A stretch of 62,696 nucleotides of DNA, the filler included, from Squatina squatina (taxonomy: Eukaryota), in assembly GCA_031763465.1 (NCBI GenBank). It is 4 parts of 4 records of this genome, joined end to end, with 100 filler letters (N's around TTAATTAATTAA, not from the genome) between each part and the next. Parts side by side here need not be neighbours in the genome. Positions count along the whole stretch, not along the records: positions 1 to 16,567 come from JARFOE010000073.1; 3 more parts are not named here. One strand, written 5' to 3'. A model generated the notes under the pieces. That model had not been told where the DNA came from. It did not search any database and worked only from the letters and a program-made list of their open reading frames with translations. Below, piece by piece: positions 1-12,200 of this stretch. The first letter of the stretch is position 1. Every line of letters begins with the position of its first letter. The translations under genes were made by a program, and so were the position numbers.

Positions 1-2264
1 TACCAAAGTAGCAAGCATTGATAGTCATGAAACTCTTTCAGTAGTCCAAGTGGAACTTCTTCTTGTTCATGAAGGGAGTAGAGTTGGGAATCGGGGTCTG
101 TGATACTATTAACACTGTCCTGCATATGGTAAAAGTGCACAACTTTCTCATATTACAGGCGGGTTTCGATGGGAAAATTAATAAAGGAGCTTCCCTGGCT
201 AACAAGACATATGTCACTTGCCTGGTGCATTGATGCACTACTGGTTGTGACATTTGACAAATATCTTTTACTGTTGTTTGTGTTTGCTTTTGCTTCTGTT
301 TAATCTTACTTTAAAATAAACTCGATTTGTAGTTTGTAGCATCAAATTCATGATCAGAGGGGTATTTGTTACAGAGGTTTGGATATATTGTTCCCTATGG
401 ATGATCAGTGGGATTAGTGCTCACCCAGGACACGCTGCCGGCAAGATGACATGTGGACAAGGTCAGGCTTTGCTCTATGGGGAGCGAGGAATTGTCGGCG
501 GAAGCAGTCCTTTGTGCTGAAGAGGGGGACAGAATCTGGAGAGCGCTGAAATTGTAACAGCTGGATCACGGGTGCTTTATCCTCGAATCTCAGCTGAACA
601 ACTGCCAGCAGAAAGCCAGCTTTCCGTTGAGTTAGTGAAGTGCCGATGCTGTCAGCTCCTGGTGCATGCGTGCTGCACATCCAGTGGCAAATCTATAAGG
701 TTGCTTTGAGTGTGTCGACCAATGTACACCGCAAAATTAATGCAAAAGCAGTTTGGAAGCAGCTCCCATTATTTGGCTGGTAAAATATTCTGCCTGCTGC
801 AATAGGAGATGGGCAGTGCAATAAAACTCGACTGTAGATCAAAGCAGCACAATTAGATTACAATTGCAGGTAGTGCAATCAATAGCTGTTATTGTGAACA
901 GCGATCCTTTATCAGTAAACAGAAAGGAGTGATTTAAACATGCATTTTCATCCTGNNNNNNNNNNNNNNNNNNNNNNNNNNNNNNNNNNNNNNNNNNNNN
1001 NNNNNNNNNNNNNNNNNNNNNNNNNNNNNNNNNNNNNNNNNNNNNNNNNNNNNNNTAATCCGTGTGTTTTGACAAATGTGAGCAGACACTGATGCATTAA
1101 GGTGTCCTCGAAGCACGGTGCGTTCGTGGCCTGGAGCAGTGGCGCAGATTGTAATCTCAGAGTTATCTGATTATTTATTACTCGTTAATGCAGCTAAAGG
1201 GCCTGTGCAACGCTCGGAGTCCACTGTAACAAATTTGACTTCAAACTTTTAAAGCTGGGTAGAAAGCTGCAAATCGGCACTTATTTGTTTTGCACACGTG
1301 CAGATCGCCATTTTTTTTCGATCCCCAAAAAAGTCCTGAGATTTAGGCGTTCCATCGCGAGGTCACGAGTGATGCTTATTTCACTCTGAAATCGAGTCTC
1401 TTGCGATGGAATCGTGAGAGTTGTCAATACTGGAGAGAGGTCTATTGTTTCCTCTGTTACTGGCATTCCCTTGTTAACGGAGAGGGGTGAGTATTTGGGT
1501 GACTCGAAACGAAGGTCTAACATCTGTGGTTGTGGAGGGGAATTTTGATTCCTACTGAGTTGATCTCATCCTTCTGCGATGCTGCCACACTATTCTGTGT
1601 TCTGTTCAGAATCTCCTCTTCCATTGACATGACAAACAGAGGAATTCCCACAGGGAAACCCATGGTCAGAAATTACATCCTTTATAGTGAGTGGTGGGGA
1701 GAAAATTTGCAAATGACCAGAGAGTCCCTCACTGGTTCAAGTCAGCAGCTAACCAGTGAGAAGTGTTACAAATGCTGCCGGTCACGCTGAGATATCAGCA
1801 TGACCTCCCCGTGTTCGGAGCCCCTTTAATTTCAGCACTTCCACCACAATCAGCTGACCTCACTGAGCCACTTCTATCCCACCACGTGTTACGCAGACAA
1901 CGGTGGAGGCTGCAACAGCCGGAGCCTTCACGTGTGACTTTGTCCTGTCATTACCATTACATTGACGAGAAAACGTTGCTGAAGGGGTAGGCGGGAATAT
2001 CATATTGTTGCCAAAACAGGATGGAAAACTGGCCCCATTTCGACCCTCCTCTCGATTCCGCTGCCACCATTGCACGGCAATAACACCCATTATTCTGAAA
2101 GAATTCGGGGCTTATATGTGTGGACTACAGGTGAGGACAGAATTAGGCTCGACTATGAAGCCTCCCACAACTGAATATCTCAAAGTCACATTGATTAGAC
2201 TTAGACATGTTAATATGGTCACAAGTTGGGGAATGGAGGGCTGCTTGTACCTGTGGAGCAGTCC

Positions 2265-2520
2265 TGCATTTCTATAACTCCCTTCATATCCTCAGAAGAT
2301 CCCAAAGCTATTCACAGCTGATGAAGTGTTTTGAAGCACAGTCATTGCTGTAGACAAACAGAGCAGCTAATGCGCGCACAGCAAGGTCCCAAAGACAGCA
2401 ATTTGATAAATGACCAGTTAATCTGTTTTAGGTGTTATTGTTTTAGGTGTAAATGTTGCTCAGGACATGGGGGGATCCCTCCTTGCTCTTTTTCTAATAC
2501 TACCATGGTATCTTTTAACA
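2265..2520 (-). mobile_element. SacSINE1/DeuSINE-like SINE, Deu-domain and 3' tail, diverged
   Basis: Reverse complement reads TAAAAGATACCATGGTAG...AAGAGCAAGGAG...TCCTGAGCAACATTT...AACAGATTAACTGGTCATT...CTTGCTGTGCGCGCATTAGCTGC...CTTTGGGATCTTCTGAGG, matching the recalled dogfish SacSINE1 consensus. Confidence 0.75.
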
Positions 2521-3118
2521 GGCAGCCCCCATTGTAAAGGGCCCAAAACAAACAAATAAAAATAAGCCTCACTCTTTGGGGGGGTGTTCATGTCACAATC
2601 CAAGGTTGCACCTCCCAGACTGTCCCTATATTGACCATTTGGCCAGGCTGGTAGGCCTGGACTCACCTGTGAGAACTCCCAGCCCTGCCCCCACCCCGAC
2701 ACCTGCTGGCATGGGGTCGAGTGAGATCGATTAACCACAAGATAAAGGATTCCACTGCACTCTCAGTTTCTGTCTGCCCTTGCACATCGCCCATCCATCT
2801 TCTCATTTAGTTTTGAAGCCCATCCATCATGAAATGAAGCCAACCCGTTAAGTGTGCACGCACCACTTTGTCCCTTACAGTTTGTATGTGAACACTTCAG
2901 TCAGCAACATTTTTACGACCAGAGTTTATTACTAAAATGAAATTGCAACAGAGCAAAAACAAATGATTCAGAACTGTTGGGAATCTGGAGATAGAAATTT
3001 ATTGGTCTACAAAACACGACATTTGGAATGCTTGCTAACCACCCTTCAGTGAACATAAATTAAACTTGCAGATGAATTGAAGCCTTTTGCAGAATGGCAG
3101 GAGCTTTGAAAAGATTTT

Positions 3119-3371
3119 GGGGTCGAAATTCCCCTTTTTTTCATCCCTTTTGTGCCTCAGAGGGTCGCTAACCAGGTGAAGAATTCATTTTCGGCGTATC
3201 GGGGCATTCAGCTCGCCTCCCGGTGAATTCTCCGGGAGGTCCCGGAGGCACAAGGGCCCTTGCGCCTCGCCCCGGGAATTTCAGGGCGGGTTGGCGCGCC
3301 ATGTCATCAAAGGCCTTTGTGCCCTGCCGCGCCCCTGTTGTGCCCCGCGGGGGAAATTCCTCTGCCGGACG
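3119..3371. mobile_element. GC-rich non-autonomous DNA transposon end (PIF/Harbinger-like terminus GGGGTCGAAATT)
   Basis: Abrupt GC/CpG-rich block starting GGGGTCGAAATTCCCC; related termini at ~4902 (GGCCCTGAAATTG), 9436-9453 (GGGGCAATTTCAGCCCC) and ~38846-38858. Confidence 0.45.
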
Positions 3372-5367
3372 NNNNNNNNNNNNNNNNNNNNNNNNNNNNN
3401 NNNNNNNNNNNNNNNNNNNNNNNNNNNNNNNNNNNNNNNNNNNNNNNNNNNNNNNNNNNNNNNNNNNNNNNGACTAATTGGCCGCCCTTAATTTTTAAAC
3501 TCGGCGAGTTTATTTCACCCCAACCTCCAGTATTCTGTCTCTCTGTCCTTGCCAATAAGAATCATTTCAAAAACATCCAATCTAGACTAATATTTGAGTG
3601 TAACTTTCACCGCTTTGTAGCCTCTGTAAGATCGATGACAGTCGTATTGTACAGACTCCATGTCCTGATCTTTATAGCTTCATCTTATGTGTTTGGGGGA
3701 AAGAACATTTGAGTTAACCTACACATCAAGGGTCAAGAGCCAACTTAGTTGAAATACATGGAGTTAGCTGGGGGAGGCCAGCACTCAGATCTGAAATATA
3801 TGAAGACACTTAAACCAGTGAAATATGGGTAGGTTTCCCTTGGAAGCTAGATATTGAATTTTTTGTGAAGGAGCGATACTTAAAGTATTTAGCATTTCAG
3901 CTCGTGGCTGAGAGCACAGGTAATTCAATTATACACAGCTCCTGGGACTTACACTAGCAAGAAAGAGACAGATTACTCAGGCAGGTGATTAGTGAGTAGA
4001 GCCGAGAGATTTCCACAGTACTACATTGCTTTGCTGTATCAGTAGGTAGTTACGTTTAGAGCAATCAATACCTGCAGCGTGTNNNNNNNNNNNNNNNNNN
4101 NNNNNNNNNNNNNNNNNNNNNNNNNNNNNNNNNNNNNNNNNNNNNNNNNNNNNNNNNNNNNNNNNNNNNNNNNNNNNNNNNNAAGACATGGGAGTGTCAG
4201 ACCCTATGAAGATATTACAAGCTGGATGGGAGCTAATGAACACAGCAATGAAGGAACACTATGAAATGTGGCTCAAATACAGCGCCGAGAGCTATTGTGA
4301 ATTCTATTACAGGAAGAAATTGCATTGGGCCAAAGTTGTAAAATTTATTTCGCTGTACTCTGTCCTCCAGAGCTTCAAAAAATCAAAGAAAAATCAGATA
4401 CTAGTCAGCTTGACAGAGTTACGCGAGCGTGAGTAGAGACAGAATTGGCTCAGATTGTCACTGGGGACAGTGATTTCTTTATCAGGAAGCTAACTCAGAG
4501 ACAGAAGGCATTGGTAGCGTGATTGGTTTGGTGATATGTAGAGCCAGGCTTGTTTATGCTCCAGCTCTAGGTTCACAGTATTACAGATTTATAACTCAAT
4601 GTGTCCCACTGGTGAACTTTCAGTGCAATTTTGTTGCGCTGTGGACACTAGTCCACTGGGAGCTGGATTGAGAGGGGCCAAACTCATATAATAAGAGAGA
4701 GGAGTCTCATCATTCTCCATATAGGCGAGGAATTGAATCCACATCTCAAAAGACTGCAGTAACAGCAATCAAACCCACTGCCTGACCAAGTACTTCATAA
4801 GACTGAGATCTCGGTTTACACCAGATTCAAATCTAGGCCCGTGGCTTAAAAGCCAAGATTTAAATTTACTGCTCCATCAACTTCTTCAACAGTGAGAGGA
4901 CGGCCCTGAAATTGCGATCTCCCCGGGTGGGTATGATGTTCCCACGCACCCAGGGAGACATTGCAAATGCCGTTTCTTGGGCTGCAATGCACAAGCCTGT
5001 AGAACCAGCATTTGCGATTTGCCAAGATTTTTCTGGACAGATCCAATGCTTAGGCTGGAAAACAGATTTCCAGCGCTGAGATTTGCGAGAGTTTTGAAAA
5101 GCTTGCATTGGAAATCTGTTTTACCTATTTATGCATGGTAAAACCTATTGTATATTCTTGGTTTTACCAGCGTAAGAGTTAAAAAAAAAATTAAATTAAA
5201 AAAAAACCATGGTACATTACTTAAAAACCATTCCCAGTAAGGTAAGTATGTTGTTAAACATTTTTAANNNNNNNNNNNNNNNNNNNNNNNNNNNNNNNNN
5301 NNNNNNNNNNNNNNNNNNNNNNNNNNNNNNNNNNNNNNNNNNNNNNNNNNNNNNNNNNNNNNNNNNN

Positions 5368-6190
5368 GTTCACCCTCCCCCTCCAGAATGTCCTGCAGCC
5401 GCTCAGTGACATCCTTGACCCTTGCACCAGGGAGGCAACACACCATTCTGGAATCACGTCTATGGCCGCAGAAACGCCTGTCTATTCCCCTTACAAGGAA
5501 TCCCCGGTCACTATAGCTCTCCCACTCTTTTTCCTCCCCTCCTGTGCAGCTGAGCCACTCATGGTGCCACGGACTTGGCTGCTGCTGCCTTCCCCTGAGA
5601 AACCATCTCCCCCAACAGTATCCAAAATGAAAAACCTGTAGAGAGAGGGAAATGGACCCAGGGGACTCCTGCACTACCTGCCTGTTCGTCTTAGCCTGTC
5701 TGGCTGTCACCTATTCACTTTCTGCCTATGTATTCTTTACCTGCGGTGTGACCACTTCACGAAACGTGCTATCCACGATGATCTCAGCCTCATGGATGTT
5801 CCACAGTAAATCCATCAGCAGCTCTAGCTCCGTAATGCAGTTAGCCAGTAGTTGCAGCTGGAGACACTTCCTGCACACATGGTCGCCACGGAAGTGTCCC
5901 TGATTTCCCACATAGCGCAGGAGGAGCACTGAACATGGCGGAGCTATCTAGCCATGTCTTACCCTTTATTTACTCCTTTACTTTTGGTTCCTCTAATTTA
6001 AAAATATTAAATACACTAGGGACCTTACTTCACTTTAAACACTTCTTAATATAAACTAGAGACCTTACTTTTACTTTTACTGTAAAGACTGGACAGAAGA
6101 AATACTAGAAATACTCACCAGGTCCTACTTACCAATCAGCTGTTCCTCTGCACCAGCAACACTTTCTGATTCACAATCTCACTTCTGGAA
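5368..6190 (-). mobile_element. CR1-type LINE 5' end: 5'UTR plus degenerate ORF1 (zinc finger, coiled coil, SGNH esterase-like)
   Basis: ORF1 ATG at 5955; frames give CSSCAMWEI..HVCRKCLQLQLL and VRGIDRRFCGHRRDSRMVCCLPGARVKDV; paralogous to 8788-9236. Confidence 0.85.
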
Positions 6191-6367
6191 CTCAGCCGTT
6201 GGTCTCAGTAGAGAGAGATAGCTCCCTCGCAGGTCCACTCTGCCTCTGCTACCATTGCCTCCGACGGNNNNNNNNNNNNNNNNNNNNNNNNNNNNNNNNN
6301 NNNNNNNNNNNNNNNNNNNNNNNNNNNNNNNNNNNNNNNNNNNNNNNNNNNNNNNNNNNNNNNNNNN

Positions 6368-6503
6368 AAGGGGTCAAGTGATAAGGGGAGAATGCGGGAA
6401 CAGGTACTGAATTTGGATGATCTGCCGTGATCATATTGAACGGCGGAACAGGCCCGAAGGACCGAATGGCCGACTCCTGCTCCTATTTTCTATGGTTCTA
6501 TGT
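6368..6503 (+). mobile_element. CR1/HER1 LINE 3' tail
   Basis: GATCTGCCGTGATCATATTGAACGGCGGAACAGG...GAATGGCCGACTCCTGCTCCTATTTTCTATGGTTCTATG; same tail occurs many times in the window. Confidence 0.8.
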
Positions 6504-7696
6504 TACCTGTTTCAGGGTCCGACTTACTGCCATTCAGAGCCCTGATCAGACCCCCTGAGACTCTTCCTCCATTTGATTGAATTCCAGCTGAACACATTCA
6601 CTTTAGAGAACAAAGGATAACAGCATTGGAGAGGGTGTTGCTATGACAGTAATGCTGGTGCATTAGGGTTAGCAGATCCATGTTTTCTGCACGTTGGGAA
6701 GTCAGCCCAACTTTAACTGTGGAGAGCAGCAAAACTAAATCTGCTATTTTAATGGGCACACACATGGCCCTCCTGCTCTCCAGCAGGCACATGAAAGGCC
6801 TCGGACTGAGGCTGGGGTCTGAACTGAGGCTGCTTAGTCAGAACAGGATTGGATTCAGCCATGGTGCCCATCATGGTCAAATAGCCTGCCAACACTCACT
6901 GTCCAGACTTGCCACTTGGGTGAGGAGAAGGAGGAGGAGCACTGACACCTGTCGAACTGTATCCCAGCAAGAAGTTAACACTTCATAGAATCACAGCAAC
7001 TGCAGGGCCGAAGGCCTTTTGGCCCATCGTACCTGTGCTGGTGTGAGCCCTTCAACTGGAAAGGTGAGCAGCAGAGAAATAGTTAATTTTTCTGGGATAA
7101 TATTGAGTAATTGCTGCAGTAGGAACAGAAGATAGACACTGTCATCTTAATCTCAGTTTGTTGTGCAGAGTCAATAAAAGTTCTTTGACTGCTGTGGTGA
7201 ACTCGCCCTGGAACGTGAAAGCTAACAGATTTTCGTCATCACATTGTGACAAAGCCCACAAGGAACAGCACGTTGTGATCATTCGTTCCTTCTTGATAGC
7301 CTTCCAGTGTATATAAGCAGCAACAGATTAAAGAAGCTACATTTTAAAACTTAATTACATGACCTTGCGGGATCAGCATTAATTAAACTTGTAAATGAAG
7401 TTAATTGGAGATGTTCCCAGATGAAAGGCAATTTTGAAGAGCATGACTGAAACTGAGAAGATGGTGTGAAAACTTCAGCACAGCTCGGAGAGAAAAAAAA
7501 GGGAAATGATGCCCACTTGGGGAGAGGTACGAGACGGTGGCCACAACCTTCCCTCAGCAGAGTCAATCGGCTAGAAAGTCATGTTTACAGTATTAGTGTC
7601 CAACTGTTTTATGATTGTGTGACATTCCCTGTCCTCTATTTTAACTGAGCAGTTAACTCAGTCCGTTTATTGTTGTACGTTGATACCACACACAAT

Positions 7697-7798
7697 GGGG
7701 TAGATCTTGATTGGGTGACAGGCAGCCCATTTTACATCGCTCCCAATTTTTATTTCCATTGAAGTTAAAAGTTATCGCACAAAGTCACGATCCACCCC
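7697..7798. mobile_element. ~100-bp MITE (Harbinger-like)
   Basis: 14-bp terminal inverted repeats GGGGTAGATCTTGA / TCACGATCCACCCC (2 mismatches) flanked by a 3-bp AAT direct repeat (7694-7696, 7799-7801). Confidence 0.6.
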
Positions 7799-7917
7799 AA
7801 TCACTTCTGGGCTGATCTCACTGCCTGATGCTGGGGCTATGGAGAATATCAACAGGGTTATCATTCCCAGTACCAAACTGCGGGCCAGTAACACGGTGCT
7901 ATGCTGTACTCCTCAAC

Positions 7918-8152
7918 AATAACAACAACAACAACAACTTGTACTAATATGGCACCTTTAATGTAGTAAAACATCCCAAGGCACTTCACAGGATTATTAT
8001 GAGACAAAAGATTTGACACCGAGCCACATAAGGAGAAATTTGTGCAGATGGCCAAAAGCTTGGTCAAAGAGGTTTTAAGGAGCCTCTTAAAAGAGGAAAG
8101 AGAGGGAGAGAGGCCGAGAGTTTTAGGCCGGGAATTACAGGGCTGAGGTCCT
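7918..8152 (-). mobile_element. L2-type LINE 3' end with (TTG)n tail
   Basis: Reverse complement matches 19470-19695 (CCTTAAAACC...GTGAAGTGCCTTGGGA...GCTATA...CAAGTTGTTGTTG). Confidence 0.75.
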
Positions 8153-8252
8153 NNNNNNNNNNNNNNNNNNNNNNNNNNNNNNNNNNNNNNNNNNNNNNNN
8201 NNNNNNNNNNNNNNNNNNNNNNNNNNNNNNNNNNNNNNNNNNNNNNNNNNNN

Positions 8253-8690
8253 AGTTCTCATATATGGCAGAGTTGACATGCAGTGCCTGCAAAATGATGT
8301 GCGCACAGTCAATGGCACCCTGCCCCATGAGGAAGCCATGTGCTCACTCTGCATGCTGCTCTCTGGCAAGAGAGAATGAAACATAGTCAGCTCTCTTTGA
8401 ATAGATGGACAGCAAACTGTGAGATATTTCAAATATCTCCAGCTCCTTCCTGAAATGAGCCAGAGGCATAAAAGTTCATCGCTACAGTCAGCTTCACAGC
8501 CACTGGCACTGCCCTCGCCCTGCTCTGAAGTTATAGTTGTAGCTGCAGCAGGTGGCAGATTTCAGTGAGGACATCCTTACTGAAGTGTTGACATTGTTCC
8601 TCGCTGAGGATCAGATAGGAGAATTGTTCCCTGAGCACACTAGGTGGATATGGCCTCCTGCTGAGAGCCCTTCTTCCCATCCTCTTCCTG
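8253..8690 (-). mobile_element. PIF/Harbinger (HARBI1-like) DDE transposase fragment, pseudogenised
   Basis: Minus-strand translation RRPYPPSVLREQFSYLILSEEQC ... AVPVAVKLTVAMNFYASGSFQEGAGDI*NISQFAVH ... QGAIDCAH (first catalytic D motif, GAIDCTH-like); contains stops and deletions. Confidence 0.85.
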
Positions 8691-8691
8691 C

Positions 8692-8752
8692 AGTGTCAAC
8701 TGTGGCTCAGTGGGTAGCACACTCGTCTCTCAGTCAAAGGTTGTGGGGTCAA
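8692..8752 (+). mobile_element. tRNA-derived SINE head (SacSINE1-like)
   Basis: A box TGGCTCAGTGGG and B-box-like GGGTCAAA; matches 24502-24632. Confidence 0.65.
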
Positions 8753-9236
8753 ATTTAATATAATTTAAAGTAATTAAAGGGTAAGGCATGGCAGGAGAGC
8801 TCAGACAAGTGACATGCTCCTCCTGCACTATGTGGGAAATCAGAGACACTTCCAGTGTCGCTGCCAACCATGTGTGCAGGAAATGTATCCAGCTGCAACT
8901 ACTGGCAGATCGCATTGCAGCGCTAGAGCTGCAGATGGATTCATTCTGGAGTATCCACAATGCTGAGATGAGTGTGGATAGCACATTTAGTGATGTGGTC
9001 ACACCAGAGTAAAGAGTGCACAGGCAGGAAGGGAATGGGTGACCACCAGGCACAGTAGAGAAGGCTGGTAGTGCAGGAATCCCCTGTGGCCATCACCCTC
9101 TCTAACAGATATACCGCTTTGGATATTGTTGGGGGAGATGGCTTATCAGGGGAAGGCAACAGCAGCCAAGTTCATGGCACCATGGGTGGCTCTGCTGCAC
9201 AGGAGGGGAGGAAAACGAGTGGGAGAGCAATAGTGA
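8753..9236 (+). mobile_element. CR1-type LINE ORF1 fragment
   Basis: MAGELRQVTCSSCTMWEIRD..HVCRKCIQLQLLADRIAALELQ and LSNRYTALD..GRAIV, with an internal stop. Confidence 0.85.
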
Positions 9237-12200
9237 NNNNNNNNNNNNNNNNNNNNNNNNNNNNNNNNNNNNNNNNNNNNNNNNNNNNNNNNNNNNNNNN
9301 NNNNNNNNNNNNNNNNNNNNNNNNNNNNNNNNNNNNCCAGACAATTTCCCAGGAGGCGATAGGTGCCCCGCCCTGGGCGAAAATTATTTAATGCCCCGTT
9401 AGCACCCCATAGAGGCGCTAATGGGGCTATAAAAGGGGGCAATTTCAGCCCCTAAATATCATTTACATTTACACGGCTTCTAAAATGTAGGCTGCAAATT
9501 GAAAGGGAAATATTCCCCCTGCCTCACAAGATTGTTTCTGGACAGCTCCTACCTTTTTGGATGCAGACAACCTGACTCCAGCATTTATGTGTTGAAGGAA
9601 TGGTTACTATTAAACTTCCTTTTGATTGTAGAAGTGTTAACTGAGTCACCCCAATCATCACTAACCCCCCAAAAAACAGCAGCAGTATGGGCATTTTGAA
9701 AAAACCTCCCCACTACCCCTCTGCCCACTTGCAACAATTTCTAGTGGATGTTCCATGTGTTTTAGTAGCTGCAGGTTTTATCATCTTGAAGACACATCTT
9801 CTTCACAGGGAAACACAACCTGACTAAACTTCTATGCTTTGCAAGACTGGTGCATACAGTGACAAATTCTCCTCTATCAAAATGTGGCAGTATGTAATTT
9901 ATTTCAGAGTATCACTGTGCCTCCAACCCCAGTAAAGTTAGATGTATTGATTAATGTATCTGTTGTTTAGAAAGTGGCGAATACAGGGATGATTCATNNN
10001 NNNNNNNNNNNNNNNNNNNNNNNNNNNNNNNNNNNNNNNNNNNNNNNNNNNNNNNNNNNNNNNNNNNNNNNNNNNNNNNNNNNNNNNNNNNNNNNNNTAG
10101 CCTCTGACACTGTAACCTCTCCTTGTGTTATACTCATCCCCTCATTGTTGTTGTGGTGTGGAGGGCCAGAAACCTCATTAATATGCTGCCAGCATGGGGT
10201 AGAAAGATGAGCTACGCAGTTTATTCTGTAGCTAGAAAAGGCATCGTATTTATTATCCCTAATTACCAGCCACCTACTTAATCTCTGTAGCCTCATGAAA
10301 CATTACACTTATGCAAAAAAAAATCAAACAAATTAAAACAGGCTGCTTCATGACTAATGCTTACTGTGGAAATTATTTCACATAACAAATTGCACTCACA
10401 GCAATCTGTGATATTGTATTACACTCCTGCACAATTATTTCTCAGTACTGAGTTTCTCGTTGCAGAACTTATGTTGTATGCAGTTTTCAGTTCAGTTTAT
10501 TTTTTGTGTGTGTGTGTGAATTTTGTGCTCATTGAGGTGATGGGTACTAGTACTATGAACAGAACATCCGTTTTGGGAACCTGCTGTCGACATCCGACAT
10601 TCCCAGGTCACTTATTGGAAGGTCAGATGCTGAGTGTGGCTCCCTGTACTCATCTCAACAACGTATCTCAGTCTCAAACTCAGATAGCGCCTCTTATCCA
10701 TAGCAGTCTGACATCTTANNNNNNNNNNNNNNNNNNNNNNNNNNNNNNNNNNNNNNNNNNNNNNNNNNNNNNNNNNNNNNNNNNNNNNNNNNNNNNNNNN
10801 NNNNNNNNNNNNNNNNNNATATTTCATAAAATAACTGTACAAACAGCATCTCATTAATATGTGTTGCTGTCTCCTGGAGGTTCAATCTGTATTTTGCAGA
10901 TAATGCTTGCAGGTTGAAAGACATTGTCTTCATAGTTTTGTTGCAGATTTTCTGACAGACCAATGGGTGGCTTCTGTTACTGGCATTTGGCAAGGTTGGA
11001 AAATTCAGTTTAGAATTCAGACAGATAGGGCTATCACTGAACCTGACTCTGACTGAGTGAGCTGACATTTATAGCAGTCACTTCCATGATACCTTTGTGA
11101 ATGTCCTTCTGAATGCTTTTTTTTTCGCTCTCCTCTGTTTGGATTCGCTACAAAAATAATTAATTTTCTTCAATTTGGACTTTATGCTTTGATCCACACT
11201 GGTTGTTGAATGAAGAAGGCTTTATTTAATCAGAGCTTTAAAGGGAGCTCAGTGAGTTTAGTCAGGTCCAAACGAATTAGGCTGGAACGAGAACTGACTG
11301 TTATTCGAACAGAAAATCTGCCTTTCACAATCTACTGACACTCAGGGCTTATAATCGCCAAATACATGAAAGCCAGAGGAACAAACGTAAAAATGCAGAG
11401 ACGCGGAATTTGCTCAAAGTGCTTTCCCTTTTGATCTGCGACTGAACTGCTATATATATTCTTCACTTTAAAGTCCGTGCTGAAAATGACCCGAGGGAAC
11501 ATCTGTTACAGTAGAATTAGCTCGACGCTGTGGAACCATCTGGAATGTTCTGCTGTCGATTTATCAACCATCGACTATCGAATTAAGTGCTTGCAATGCA
11601 AGGCTGCAAGACAGTAACTGGCCATATGGTAACTGCNNNNNNNNNNNNNNNNNNNNNNNNNNNNNNNNNNNNNNNNNNNNNNNNNNNNNNNNNNNNNNNN
11701 NNNNNNNNNNNNNNNNNNNNNNNNNNNNNNNNNNNNGAGATCACAGGGGGAAGTGGAATATGGTTTGGTTCAAATACGAAGCAACGCTCCTAATCTTAAG
11801 GCACAAAGTCCCCTTTTATCAGACATTCCAGTTTAGCTACAGTGCACTGTCAGTCAAAAATGAGTCAAAACAAAGAAATGTTGCAGCACATTCTTTTATT
11901 CAAGAATCTGTGAATTGATACCAGGAATTACGGTCAGCTCCTCATTTACTGTAAGTTGCTTCCTGCAATTCACCAAACTGTCATTCAGTGATAACTAAAC
12001 GCACACCTTCTAATGTAAACTCGTGATATTGTAGCAACAGTGTTTAAATATGAAAACTTTCACTATACTTATAAACTTGCTAATCTCCCATGCCAGTGCT
12101 AACCCCGCCTCATTGTAAGTGTTCCTTCTATAACACTCTGAACGAAAGTGGTCATTGTAGAAGTGTTCCCTGTAAAACTGCCTCACTAACTGTAAAACCA

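Noticed and set aside
8692-8752. tRNA gene (also 24502-24570)
   Set aside because: No complete cloverleaf; the 24502 copy continues into a SINE body, so these are SINE heads
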